DNA from: Lentimicrobiaceae bacterium
GTDB taxonomy: Bacteria > Bacteroidota > Bacteroidia > Bacteroidales > JALOCA01
Assembly (NCBI GenBank): GCA_023227965.1
Contig: JALOCA010000005.1
Span: forward strand, 36,948 to 100,947
DNA: 64,000 nt
Reading direction: 5' to 3'
In this document: positions 47,059 through 56,843 of the stretch, piece after piece
Position numbering within the stretch: position 1 is the stretch's first letter
Layout of the letters: each line of letters begins with the position of its first letter
Made by a program: the position numbers and the translations under genes
The notes under the pieces: model-generated
Told to the model about the DNA's origin: nothing
The model's input: the letters and a program-made list of their open reading frames with translations, nothing else
Databases searched by the model: none

Positions 47059-48030
47059 ATGGCAAAGCAAGGGTTTTATCATCTATTTTTTATATTTGGA
47101 TTGTTTTTTTTACTGTCTTCCTGCGAGGACGACGATAACAACACATCTCTCAATTCGGAAGAATGGACAACCTACACGACTACTAATGGATTAATAAGTA
47201 ACGAAATACATTCCATAGCAATTGACAGCAACCAGGTAGTATGGTTTGGAACCGAGTACGGGGTATCGGCTTTTGACGGAATAACCTGGACTCCCTATAC
47301 CATGGCACAGGGATTGGCATATCATAATGTAAACGCGATTGTTGTGGATTCTGATAATAACAAATGGTTTGGAACAGGCGACGGTTTATCAAGATTCGAC
47401 GGCAGCAACTGGAAAACCTATAATACCGTTGATGGTTTGATTGATAATTATATCAACTGCCTTTCGTTTGATAATTTCGGGAATTTATGGATTGGCACCC
47501 CACACGGACTGTCAAAATTTGACGGATTGCATTTTACCAATATCGTAAAACAAGCGGATACCACACTGGTAAACAACAAAGTGCTTTCTATCGCCGTTGA
47601 CAATAACAATATAAAATGGATTGGTACTGAATATGGTACTTCTTTTTACGACGATGTACATTGGATATCATATATTCATCAAAACCCCCTCGAAAATTAT
47701 ATTCTTTCATTAGCAATAGATGTAAATAATAATCCTTGGTTTGGGACATTAAACGGCGTAAACAAATGTGATATAAATGTATGGACTAACTACAACTACG
47801 AAAACGGTCTTTCTGAAAACCATGTTTATGCCCTTACATTTGATAAAAAAGGATATATATGGATGGGTACACTGTTAGGATTAACACGTTTCGACGGAAT
47901 TAATTTTAAAGTATATACCCGAAAAGAGGGTCTTGCAGAAAATTGGATTACAGCCATAGCAACAGATAAAAATGACGACTTATGGATAGGCACAGCTTCG
48001 GGTGGGGTGTCGAAATTGCATTTTAAGTAG
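47059..48030 (+). CDS. Lipoprotein made of two-component-regulator-propeller (Reg_prop) repeats
   Basis: Lipobox 'FFLLSSC'. Seven or more 'WFGT/WIGT..GLS.FDG..W' repeats. The start is moved to 'MAKQGFY'. Confidence 0.75.
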   Translation: MAKQGFYHLFFIFGLFFLLSSCEDDDNNTSLNSEEWTTYTTTNGLISNEIHSIAIDSNQVVWFGTEYGVSAFDGITWTPYTMAQGLAYHNVNAIVVDSDNNKWFGTGDGLSRFDGSNWKTYNTVDGLIDNYINCLSFDNFGNLWIGTPHGLSKFDGLHFTNIVKQADTTLVNNKVLSIAVDNNNIKWIGTEYGTSFYDDVHWISYIHQNPLENYILSLAIDVNNNPWFGTLNGVNKCDINVWTNYNYENGLSENHVYALTFDKKGYIWMGTLLGLTRFDGINFKVYTRKEGLAENWITAIATDKNDDLWIGTASGGVSKLHFK

Positions 48031-48181
48031 CATTTACTCCGACAAGCGTATTTTTTACCTGTTTTTAATATTAAACTTCAGGCTTTTCCCAATGAGTCTA
48101 TGAAAATGACATACGAAATTTTTCAGGTAAAGTTTTTTCCATAAAAAAACATATTCATTGTTTGTAATTCAACTTTTTGTA

Positions 48182-48189
48182 TATATTTG
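48182..48189 (+). promoter_or_regulatory. Candidate -7 box (TAnnTTTG) with TTTG about 17 nt upstream
   Basis: 'tatatttg' is preceded by 'tttg' at 48161-48164. This would give a ~140-nt leader for the C25 peptidase gene. Confidence 0.35.
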
Positions 48190-48337
48190 CCAGGGTTTAT
48201 CTTGTGTTTCTTTTATACAAGAAAAAGGGATTGAAAAAATATTAAAAATTTCACATCTCGACATTTTAAACTGAATACCAAGAAGAACGAAATCAAATTA
48301 ACCATTATATAATTATTAATCAATTAAATATGTACAA

Positions 48338-51300
48338 ATGAAAAAATCTACCTTTTTCTATCTGCTTATATTGCTGCTGTCGTTCAGTTCGTTTCTGATG
48401 GCACAACGCAATGTAACCACTTACTCCGACAGTTGGGGCAAACAGGGATTTTCGCTGCTAAGCCAGGAAAAAACGGGGGTAGCGGTAAGCTATTCGGTAA
48501 CAGAATTTGCATTAAACGGCACCACTATTGACGGTCAGCCAATGCAAAACATCGAGCTCAAGGGACATTTTTTGCAAAACAATGCCGGCGCACCCAATAT
48601 TCCGGGAAATGGTCGGTATATTGCAATGCCCCAGGGAGCAACACCCCAGTTAAAAATAATTTCGAGCCGGACTGAAATTTTCCAAAACGTGGAAATAGCC
48701 CCTGCACCCGTCCCGCAAAAGGATAACGACCGCAGCCCTGCCCGCTTCGAAAAGGATGCCAAAATTTATTCAACAAACGCATTCTATCCTGCTCAGCCAA
48801 TTCAGATTTCTGCCCCCAAAAAAATACGCGGAGTTGATGTTGTGATGCTGGGTATCACACCTTTTCAGTACAATCCAATAACCAAGGAATTGATAGTTTA
48901 CCGCGACATCAAAGTTGAAGTAAGCTTTAAAGGTGGTAACGGACATTTTGGCCAGGATCGTCTCCGCAGCTACTGGTGGGACCCCATTCTGAGTGATGCA
49001 CTGATGAATTACTCATCTTTGCCCAAAATGAATTATAATAAACACTCAGCCAAGGAAACCGGATGGGAATACCTGATTATCCGACCCAATGGAGAAGAAT
49101 ATGCACAGTGGGCTGACTCTCTAAAGAAATTTCGTACACTACAGGGTATTACCACTGGCGTTGTTTCTCTCGACGAAATCGGAGGAACCACTGCCACAGT
49201 AATCGAAAACTACATTAACAATGCTTACAACACCTGGGAAGTTCCGCCTGCAGCAGTTCTGATTTTAGGCGACCATGGCAACGATGCTTCCAAAAATGTT
49301 TTGGCTCCGATAACAACAGAACAAGGTGAAACCTTCGTGTGCGACAACATTTATGCTGACGTGGATGGCGACGAACTACCCGAAATGGTTTTTGCCCGTA
49401 TTACGGCAAACAACGCAGAACAATTGGAAACTATGGTTACCAAAGTTCTTAACTACGAAAAAGCCCCTCCAACCAATCCCGATTTCTATCAGCATCCTAT
49501 TACTGCCCTGGGCTGGCAAACCGAACGCTGGTTTCAGATTTGCTCAGAAACAGTAGGTGGTTATTTCAAATATGTTCTTGGAAAAGACCCTGTTCGTATC
49601 AATGCCGTATATGGTGGAAATCCTAATACCGACCCGTGGTCAACTAACGAAAACACCAGTATGGTTATAAACTACTTTGGTCCTAACGGATTAGGGTATA
49701 TCCCTGCTACTCCATCAGAACTTGGTGGCTGGACAGGCGGTAATGCCACCATGGTTAACAATGCAATAAACAGCGGCGCATTTATTCTGCAACACCGTGA
49801 CCATGGATACGAAGACGGATGGGGTGAACCTGATTACAGTACAACTAACATCAGTGGATTAACCAATACAGATCTTACCTTTGTGATGTCAATCAACTGC
49901 CTTACTGGTAAATATGATTATTCTTCCGAATGCTTCGGCGAAGCATTCCACCATTACAAATACAACGGACAAAACTCAGGTGCTTTAGGCTTCATTGCTC
50001 CTTCCGAAGTTTCTTATTCTTTTGTAAATGATACTTATGTTTGGGGTATTTACGACAATATGTGGACCGATTTCATGCCCGACTACGGAACTGCTATCGA
50101 ATCGCGCGGACTATTACCCGCCTTTGGAATGGCAGCCGGAAAATTCTTCCTAGAAGAATCGAACTGGCCTAGCATACCCGAGTATAAAACCATTACCCAA
50201 CGTCTTTTCCACATGCACGGCGATGCTTTCCTTCGCCTGTATTCCGAAGTTCCACAAAGCCTCACTGTACTTCACAATCCTATTTTATATGCCGGAGTTA
50301 CTTCTTTCGATGTTACTGCCGATGAAGGTGCTTTTATTGCCCTTACGGTTAATGGTGAAATAATTGGTACCGGAGTTTCCCAGGGCGGACCAGTAGCTAT
50401 AAACATCCCCGGACAATTACCTCCCAACCAGATGCTGGTTACTGTTACTAAACAAAATTATTATCGCTATACAGCTCTTGTTGATATTGTTCCCCCAAGC
50501 GGACCTTATGTTGTAAGAGATTCTTATACCCTGAACGACGAAAATGGCAACAACAACGGTCTTGCCGACTTTGGCGAAAACCCAATGATTAGCCTTTCAG
50601 TGAAAAATGTTGGTGTCGAACAAGCAGAAAACGTTAACTTAACCATTAGCACCGAAGATATTTATGCTACTATTACCGATGCAACAGAAAATTATGGAAA
50701 CATTCCTGCCAACGAAATTGTAAGCGTTGAAAATGGCTTTGCCATCAGCATTTCCGATACCGTTCCCGACCAGCATAATATACTTTTCAAAGTAACAGCT
50801 ACCGATGGTACCAACACATGGGAAAGCTATTTCAGCGTGAAGGCTTATGCCCCGATAATTACTACCGGAAGAGTGATAGTTGAAGAACAAGCCGGAAATG
50901 GAAATGGTCGCCTCGACCCAGGCGAAAATGCCAATATCATTGTGAAAAATAACAACAAAGGTCATAGCGATATCTACAACCTGACTGCTTCATTATTCAG
51001 TTCAAGCCCCTTCATTACTGTTAATTCAGCCGAATATTCAATTGATACCCTCGCTGCTTTAGGCGAAATAGGTGCAATTTTCAATGTTACCGTTAGCAGT
51101 GGTGCTCCCCTTGGAACCGTTGCCCCATTCAACTACAACATTGTTTCAGGTAATTACAATGCTCATAAAGATTTTGCCTTAACAATAGGTTTGATCCTCG
51201 AAGATTGGGAAAGTGGTGGAATGACCGGATTCAACTGGGCTACCAGCGGCGATGCCGAATGGGCTGTTTCTGACGAAACTCCTTACGAAGGAACATTTTG

Positions 51301-52939
51301 CGCAAAATCAGGCGACATCAGCGACTACCAATCAACCATAATAACTCTTGACTATAACGTTATGGCTGATGATAGCATTTCATTCTTCTGTAAGGTTTCT
51401 TCTGAAGAAGATTACGATTATCTTAAATTTTATCTTGACGGAGCTGTTATTAATCAATGGTCAGGCGAAGTTGACTGGACAAGAGTTGTATATCCGGTTA
51501 CTGCCGGGCAGCATACTTTCAAGTGGGAATATATGAAAGACGTTTCACAATCAAATGGAACTGATGCCGCATATCTTGATTTCATCGTATTGCCTCCTAT
51601 GCTTGTTACTACCGCTTTTGCCGGTTTGGATGCCTCTGTCTGCGAAGGAAGCACCTACCAACCTCAGGGAAGCGCCACTAACTTTACTTCAGTACTTTGG
51701 ACTACATCCGGAACCGGTACCTTTGACGATGCAAGTCTTTTGAACCCGGTTTATACACCAAGCCCTGAAGACATAGTCGCCGGTTCGGTAGTACTGACAA
51801 TAACTGCTTACGAACCCGTTAAAGCCGATGCCTCTGACAACATGACTTTGTTTATCAACAAATCTGCTGTTGCTTTCGCCGGTAACAACCTCGCTGTTTG
51901 TGCTGGTGCTACTGTAAGTCTTTCAGAAGCTACCGCCCAAAATTATTCAGCAATAAACTGGACTACCACTGGCACAGGTACTTTCGACGATGCTACCCTG
52001 ATTAACCCAGTTTACACTCCCAGTCCCGAAGACATTGCCGCCGGAACGGTAACACTTACCCTTACCGCTGTCGCTAATGCTCCCTGCCTTGATGTAAGCG
52101 GAGAATTGGCAATAACTATTTATCCTTTACCCACTGCCGAACTTTCGGGCAGCGGCGAAATTTGCCCGGGCAATACTTTTGATTTGACCATTCAACTCAC
52201 CGGAGCAGCCCCGTGGCAGGTTCTTACACTTGATTCACAATCACTGACCATTGAAACCTCGCCCTACACCTGGACTGTTCAGCCAAATGAAACCACTTCT
52301 TACGGACTCTTTTCGGTGAGCGATGCCAATAACTGCCAGAACTCAGCAACAGGCTTGGGAGAAGTTACTATTAAACCTTTGCCCGAAATTCCTTCGATGC
52401 CGGTTGCCGTTGGTAACATTGATTCACTGGATTTGGTTTACACCACCTCCCTCGATTTTTCTATCACCGAAGTACCTAACACTCTAAGCTATGTTTGGAT
52501 GCTCGAACCCTCCAACGCAGGAACAATAGCCGAACAGGACTTAACTGCTACCGTAACCTGGAACCAGGATTTCCGTGGCACTGCTTTGGTAAGTGTTAAA
52601 ACGGTAAACGACTGCGGCGAAAGTGCTTTCTCTGACGCCAAAGAAGTAAAAATCTATTCTACTATAGGTATTGATGAACCACAGGCTAAATTCAGTCTTA
52701 AAGTTTATCCAAATCCCAACAATGGTAATTTCAAACTGGATATTTCTCCTGTTAAACCCGAAGTTGTGAACATTAAACTGATGAACATTACCGGAAACAT
52801 GGTTTACTCCGAAAATAATGTTGCCATTCAAAGCGGTTATTCACAAAATCTCAACCTTAATCATCTTAACAAAGGTATTTATACCCTGATTATTGAAGGA
52901 AAAGGTATTTACAACGTAACAAAGGTGGTGATAAAATAA
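48338..52939 (+). CDS. Giant T9SS-secreted C25 (gingipain-like) cysteine peptidase with Ig/PKD-like repeats
   Basis: Signal peptide present. C25 blocks 'VCDNIYADVDGDELPEMVFARI', 'LQHRDHGYEDGWGEP' (His) and 'MSINCLTGKYD' (Cys). Tandem 'C.G.....W.T.GTGTFDD..L.NPVYTPSPEDI.AG.V.LT' domains. C-terminal 'KVYPNPNNGNF..' T9SS CTD. Confidence 0.85.
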   Translation: MKKSTFFYLLILLLSFSSFLMAQRNVTTYSDSWGKQGFSLLSQEKTGVAVSYSVTEFALNGTTIDGQPMQNIELKGHFLQNNAGAPNIPGNGRYIAMPQGATPQLKIISSRTEIFQNVEIAPAPVPQKDNDRSPARFEKDAKIYSTNAFYPAQPIQISAPKKIRGVDVVMLGITPFQYNPITKELIVYRDIKVEVSFKGGNGHFGQDRLRSYWWDPILSDALMNYSSLPKMNYNKHSAKETGWEYLIIRPNGEEYAQWADSLKKFRTLQGITTGVVSLDEIGGTTATVIENYINNAYNTWEVPPAAVLILGDHGNDASKNVLAPITTEQGETFVCDNIYADVDGDELPEMVFARITANNAEQLETMVTKVLNYEKAPPTNPDFYQHPITALGWQTERWFQICSETVGGYFKYVLGKDPVRINAVYGGNPNTDPWSTNENTSMVINYFGPNGLGYIPATPSELGGWTGGNATMVNNAINSGAFILQHRDHGYEDGWGEPDYSTTNISGLTNTDLTFVMSINCLTGKYDYSSECFGEAFHHYKYNGQNSGALGFIAPSEVSYSFVNDTYVWGIYDNMWTDFMPDYGTAIESRGLLPAFGMAAGKFFLEESNWPSIPEYKTITQRLFHMHGDAFLRLYSEVPQSLTVLHNPILYAGVTSFDVTADEGAFIALTVNGEIIGTGVSQGGPVAINIPGQLPPNQMLVTVTKQNYYRYTALVDIVPPSGPYVVRDSYTLNDENGNNNGLADFGENPMISLSVKNVGVEQAENVNLTISTEDIYATITDATENYGNIPANEIVSVENGFAISISDTVPDQHNILFKVTATDGTNTWESYFSVKAYAPIITTGRVIVEEQAGNGNGRLDPGENANIIVKNNNKGHSDIYNLTASLFSSSPFITVNSAEYSIDTLAALGEIGAIFNVTVSSGAPLGTVAPFNYNIVSGNYNAHKDFALTIGLILEDWESGGMTGFNWATSGDAEWAVSDETPYEGTFCAKSGDISDYQSTIITLDYNVMADDSISFFCKVSSEEDYDYLKFYLDGAVINQWSGEVDWTRVVYPVTAGQHTFKWEYMKDVSQSNGTDAAYLDFIVLPPMLVTTAFAGLDASVCEGSTYQPQGSATNFTSVLWTTSGTGTFDDASLLNPVYTPSPEDIVAGSVVLTITAYEPVKADASDNMTLFINKSAVAFAGNNLAVCAGATVSLSEATAQNYSAINWTTTGTGTFDDATLINPVYTPSPEDIAAGTVTLTLTAVANAPCLDVSGELAITIYPLPTAELSGSGEICPGNTFDLTIQLTGAAPWQVLTLDSQSLTIETSPYTWTVQPNETTSYGLFSVSDANNCQNSATGLGEVTIKPLPEIPSMPVAVGNIDSLDLVYTTSLDFSITEVPNTLSYVWMLEPSNAGTIAEQDLTATVTWNQDFRGTALVSVKTVNDCGESAFSDAKEVKIYSTIGIDEPQAKFSLKVYPNPNNGNFKLDISPVKPEVVNIKLMNITGNMVYSENNVAIQSGYSQNLNLNHLNKGIYTLIIEGKGIYNVTKVVIK

Positions 52940-52960
52940 AACTTACCTTTTTACCTTTTA

Positions 52961-52993
52961 AAAAAACCCGGTTTCTGATGCCGGGTTTTTTTT
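52961..52993 (+). terminator. Intrinsic terminator of the C25 peptidase gene
   Basis: aaaaaa-cccgg-tttctgatg-ccggg-tttttttt. Confidence 0.8.
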
Positions 52994-53183
52994 ATTTGCA
53001 GAAAAAGCATACTAAGCCGTGATTCGTATTCCGAAACAGGAATGCATTGTTTCGCTCATCATCTAACATTGATCGAAACCATTTCTCTGCCAGATGGGGG
53101 CTTCTGTTTTCCAGATGATAAGATATCATTTTTAAGTATGAAATTATTGTTTCTATGTACTTGGAGGCGCTTAGTTACAAGCT

Positions 53184-53402
53184 TTGCACTACATAAAGAA
53201 GCCAGAATCGGAAAAAAATTACCTTGGGGTTTACATAGCAATCTGCAATAAAAAACGAATACTATTAAAGGATTTACCGTTAAACTTTACTGAAAATAAG
53301 CTTAGGCTGTGTGCATATCTGAAAATGAATCTCGCCACAAAAGACATTGCGAAAATAATGAATATAAATTTAAACTACTGTTCACTAAAAGTGTTGAAAT
53401 AA
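53184..53402 (+). pseudogene. Possible remnant of a LuxR-type HTH regulator C-terminus
   Basis: 'LNFTENKLRLCAYLKMNLATKDIAKIMNI' resembles the first two helices of the Bacteroidota LuxR-C-like HTH. The recognition helix and the whole N-terminal part are missing. Confidence 0.3.
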
Positions 53403-53588
53403 ACACCCTGAAAAATGTCCATTAGAAACCATCGTCTAAAACTTATCCTGAAAAATGTCTATTACTTCTAAGTTTTGAATAACAATCTACTCATAAACTT
53501 ATTAACACATTAGCATATTTTCTTTCATCATAGAGTCAGGAGATTGGAGTTATGAGTATATAACTCCTTCTTAATCTAATCTCTGGCT

Positions 53589-54761
53589 TTAGCGTTGCCG
53601 GGTATTGTAAATGCCGATTTCATTGCCTGTAAAGCCGGTAACTATGGTACCGCTTTCGGTATCCTGTTGCTTTTTCAGGTCGAAATTGCTGCCGGTAACG
53701 GCATTAAATCCCTTCAGTCCGACATGAGCCACATCCCAAAAAGAAACTTTGTATTCCCCTGAAACATCCTCGGCATCACGTGATGAAAAAAGATTTTTCA
53801 AACCCATCCGGGCATATTCAATGGGAGTACGTGCTTTTTTCTGCTCTGCTGCCAGCGACTGATTGAACTGTATGGCTGCTACCAATTGCAGGTCGTAAAA
53901 TACTGCAGTATAATAATTCCTGTATCCAAAATCATAGTTGAAAGGATTAAGCGGCATATTATTGTTCAGTTCCCGTGCTGTTAAGGCGGGCATAGTTTGC
54001 AGTGGAGCTGATTCGGTGCGTTGTATGGCAGCCGCGTTTTCATCATTACCCTGCGAAGACAAAGCCGGCAATACTTCAGATAGAGAAGTCCTGTTTATAA
54101 TGACTTTTCTTGGTATTTTTCGGATTTTGGTAGCAGGAGTTTTTTTCTGCTGTGCAGATGCCGATGACTTGACTTCCGATTTTTGTTTCATCTCAGCAAG
54201 AGAATACTGAGTGGTTACCAGGGGTTTTTCGCGGTTAAGCAGGAAAAACAAACCTGCAAGCAGCAGCAAAGAGGCTGCAAAAGCAGTAGCACGGTACAAC
54301 TGCCGTTGCGAAAGGCTGAGAATAACAAATTTTTTCAGTTGTTGCTTACGATCGTAAACCAGGTTAGTATCGGGAATAAGGAATGTTTGTGCCAAAAGGT
54401 CATATTCTTTCTTCAGCCCGGGATTTTTTTCGATGAAAAGCTTAAGATTTTTCTGTTCGGCAGGGGTTTTCTCTCCTTCGAGCGATGCAATAAAAAATTC
54501 CTCGTAGTTGTTTTCGTTAATTGCATCCACAGAAGAAATCACATTTTTTTTTAAGGCATCTTTTGTAGTAAAATGTGCTGTTTCGTCAGGATAAAGCGTA
54601 ATGGTATCCAGCCCTTCCAATTCAGCTTTCAGTCCGGGGTTATCTTCCATAAAAAACAGCAAACGTTCCACCTCTTTGGGTGAAAGTCTTCCTTCCAGGT
54701 AATCGAGGAAGTAAATTTCGTAGTTGCCGCGGTGAATATTCATGGATGTTTTCATTATCAA
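53589..54761 (-). CDS. Putative anti-sigma factor (single TM)
   Basis: Overlaps the ECF sigma gene by 4 nt. N-terminus 'YFLDYLEGRLSPKEVERLLFFMEDNPGLKAELE'. One TM segment, 'ATAFAASLLLLAGLFFLL'. Confidence 0.6.
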   Translation of the reverse strand: MIMKTSMNIHRGNYEIYFLDYLEGRLSPKEVERLLFFMEDNPGLKAELEGLDTITLYPDETAHFTTKDALKKNVISSVDAINENNYEEFFIASLEGEKTPAEQKNLKLFIEKNPGLKKEYDLLAQTFLIPDTNLVYDRKQQLKKFVILSLSQRQLYRATAFAASLLLLAGLFFLLNREKPLVTTQYSLAEMKQKSEVKSSASAQQKKTPATKIRKIPRKVIINRTSLSEVLPALSSQGNDENAAAIQRTESAPLQTMPALTARELNNNMPLNPFNYDFGYRNYYTAVFYDLQLVAAIQFNQSLAAEQKKARTPIEYARMGLKNLFSSRDAEDVSGEYKVSFWDVAHVGLKGFNAVTGSNFDLKKQQDTESGTIVTGFTGNEIGIYNTRQR

Positions 54762-55243
54762 ATTACAAGTTCCGGTTTACGAATATATTCTTTCAGGGCT
54801 ACCCTGGCGCGATAAATATACACTTTTACCTGCGATTCGCTCAGCCCGGTTATTCTTCCTATTTCTTCGTAGGAATATCCTTCATAGTCTCTCAGCAACA
54901 ACACGGAACGCTGTACATCGGAAAGTTTTTCCACCGCCAGGTTCAGCACTTCTTTCAAATCGGAATAGCTGTTTTCGATGGTTTCCTTTCCATGGCTTTG
55001 TTCTTCGTAAGAGGTGAGCCGGTTTTCCTTTCTCAACATGTCAATCATAGTATGATAAGCCGTTGTAAACAAATATGATTTTGCTTTTTCAAACGACACT
55101 TCCTTTACTTTTTCCCACATCCGGGTAAACGATTCCTGTACCACATCCCTGGCGCTTTCTTCATCTCTGATGTTCTTAAGTACAAAGCGGTAAACCCCAT
55201 CAGAAAACTGGTCCACGCAATGGTTGTACTCAGGTGTTGTCAT
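54758..55243 (-). CDS. ECF (sigma-70 family) RNA polymerase sigma factor
   Basis: Region 2 'ARDVVQESFTRMWEK' and region 4 'VLLLRDYEGYSYEEIGRITGLSESQVKVYIYRAR'. Confidence 0.9.
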   Translation of the reverse strand: MTTPEYNHCVDQFSDGVYRFVLKNIRDEESARDVVQESFTRMWEKVKEVSFEKAKSYLFTTAYHTMIDMLRKENRLTSYEEQSHGKETIENSYSDLKEVLNLAVEKLSDVQRSVLLLRDYEGYSYEEIGRITGLSESQVKVYIYRARVALKEYIRKPELVI

Positions 55244-55575
55244 TTACGCTTGTATAGGTTTCTTTTGGTATTATGACGATAATTCGAGGATAAAGTTACA
55301 AAAAAATTCATTTTTATACTTTTTTGCTGAAAGCACATACTTATCAGGAATAATATTTTATTCCCCGGGTTATCAGCATGTTCATTTTTTCTTGTTCAAT
55401 TTTTTAATAAATCTTTTGAAACGAGTATGTTCGTTAAACACAAACACGGATGAAAATCTCACATGCGAGTTCCATCCGACCTTAATTTAAAATTATTTAC
55501 GGATGAAAAATAAAAAAAACAGGTTTTGGATTTTTCATTAATTTTGATAGTGTGATCCTCTAAAAATTTCAATTT

Positions 55576-56541
55576 ATGAAGCTATCTGCCCCCGTTTGCT
55601 TAAGCATGGTTTTATTAACCGTAGCCTATTCGTATTCACAAAATCCACAGTTGGAAATTACCTTATCAGATGGTAATGTTCGCGAAGGTTTTATAAAAGT
55701 AGATGGAGGAAAAGTATGGTTCAGAATTGCCGGAACCGACAAAAAGAGAATTCCTCTTATTTGTGTACACGGAGGACCCGGTGCTCCGCACGACTATATG
55801 GAACCCGTTGAAAAACTTAGCGACGAACGTCCTGTGATTTTCTACGATCAATTGGGCTGCGGAAATTCAGAAAGACCGGCAGATACCTCTCTCTGGAATA
55901 TCAGGCGATTTGTAGAAGAATTTGCAACTGTTTGCAAAGCTTTGCAGTTAAATGAATTTCATATTTTAGCCCAATCATGGGGAACAATGCTGATTGCCGA
56001 ATACATGCAACGAAAACCACAAGGTGTAAAAAGTATTGTTTTTGGAGGTTCTGCTTTCAGTGCTACCCGTTTCGCACAGGATTGCCGGGCGTACCTGGAG
56101 GAATTGCCCGACACACAACAACAGGCTATACAAAAAGCTGAAGCTACCGGCAATTATACTTCACCTGAATACCAGGAAGCCATGAATACTTTCTACAGCC
56201 TCCATGTTTGCCGTTTGGAACCTATGCCCTTATGTGTGCAACATACTTTTGAAAAAATGGGGACAGAAGTTTATTTGCACATGTGGGGACCAAGTGAATT
56301 TTCTGTAATGGGAACTTTAAAACAGTTTGATATAATAAACAAATTAAAAAACATCACAGTACCTGTATTGCTCGCCTGTGGCGAATTTGATGAAGCCACC
56401 CCCGAAGCCACCCGTTTCTATCAGCAAAATATTCCAAACTCCGAAATGGTAGTTTTCAAGGATGCCTCACATATGCACCACATAGAAAAAGAAGACGAAT
56501 TTTTGAAAATATTACGTGATTTCCTTCACAAAAATGAATAA
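55576..56541 (+). CDS. Alpha/beta hydrolase, proline iminopeptidase family, secreted
   Basis: Signal peptide present. 'CVHGGPGAPHDY', nucleophile elbow 'AQSWGT', and C-terminal 'DASHMHHIE'. Confidence 0.85.
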   Translation: MKLSAPVCLSMVLLTVAYSYSQNPQLEITLSDGNVREGFIKVDGGKVWFRIAGTDKKRIPLICVHGGPGAPHDYMEPVEKLSDERPVIFYDQLGCGNSERPADTSLWNIRRFVEEFATVCKALQLNEFHILAQSWGTMLIAEYMQRKPQGVKSIVFGGSAFSATRFAQDCRAYLEELPDTQQQAIQKAEATGNYTSPEYQEAMNTFYSLHVCRLEPMPLCVQHTFEKMGTEVYLHMWGPSEFSVMGTLKQFDIINKLKNITVPVLLACGEFDEATPEATRFYQQNIPNSEMVVFKDASHMHHIEKEDEFLKILRDFLHKNE

Positions 56542-56577
56542 TATTTTTTACTTTTGAAAAGATAAAATAAAAACGGT

Positions 56578-56838
56578 ATGCATACTTCTCTCTACGAATC
56601 TGGTAATATAAAATGCGATGATTTTATCCGCCATGGCGAAGATTTTTTGAAAATAGAACTGTACAGTAATGCTAAGGAATGTTTTCTGAAAGCACTTACT
56701 TATTGTCCTGACGACTTGTATGTAAAGGAAAAAATTGTTTTTTGCAGAAACAGTCTGAAAAAAGACACCCTGCGTATTTGCATTGTTGTACCTGTTGTAG
56801 TAGCCATAGCTACCTTTTTAATATTATGGCTTAGGTAA
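56578..56838 (+). CDS. Hypothetical tail-anchored small protein (TPR-like N-terminus)
   Basis: 86-aa ORF with a C-terminal TM segment 'ICIVVPVVVAIATFLILWL'. No family recognised. Confidence 0.4.
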   Translation: MHTSLYESGNIKCDDFIRHGEDFLKIELYSNAKECFLKALTYCPDDLYVKEKIVFCRNSLKKDTLRICIVVPVVVAIATFLILWLR

Positions 56839-56843
56839 CAGAA

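Noticed and set aside
51610-52090. Two similar ~270-nt segments inside the C25 gene could be a DGR template/variable-repeat pair.
   Set aside because: The differences are spread over all nucleotide types and are mostly at synonymous positions, not adenine-specific. No reverse transcriptase gene is nearby. This is an ordinary ancient domain duplication.
53541-53562. Hairpin ggagttat-gagtat-ataactcc downstream of the anti-sigma gene, considered as a terminator.
   Set aside because: On the minus strand, the direction of the operon, it is not followed by a T-run. On the plus strand there is no upstream gene to terminate.
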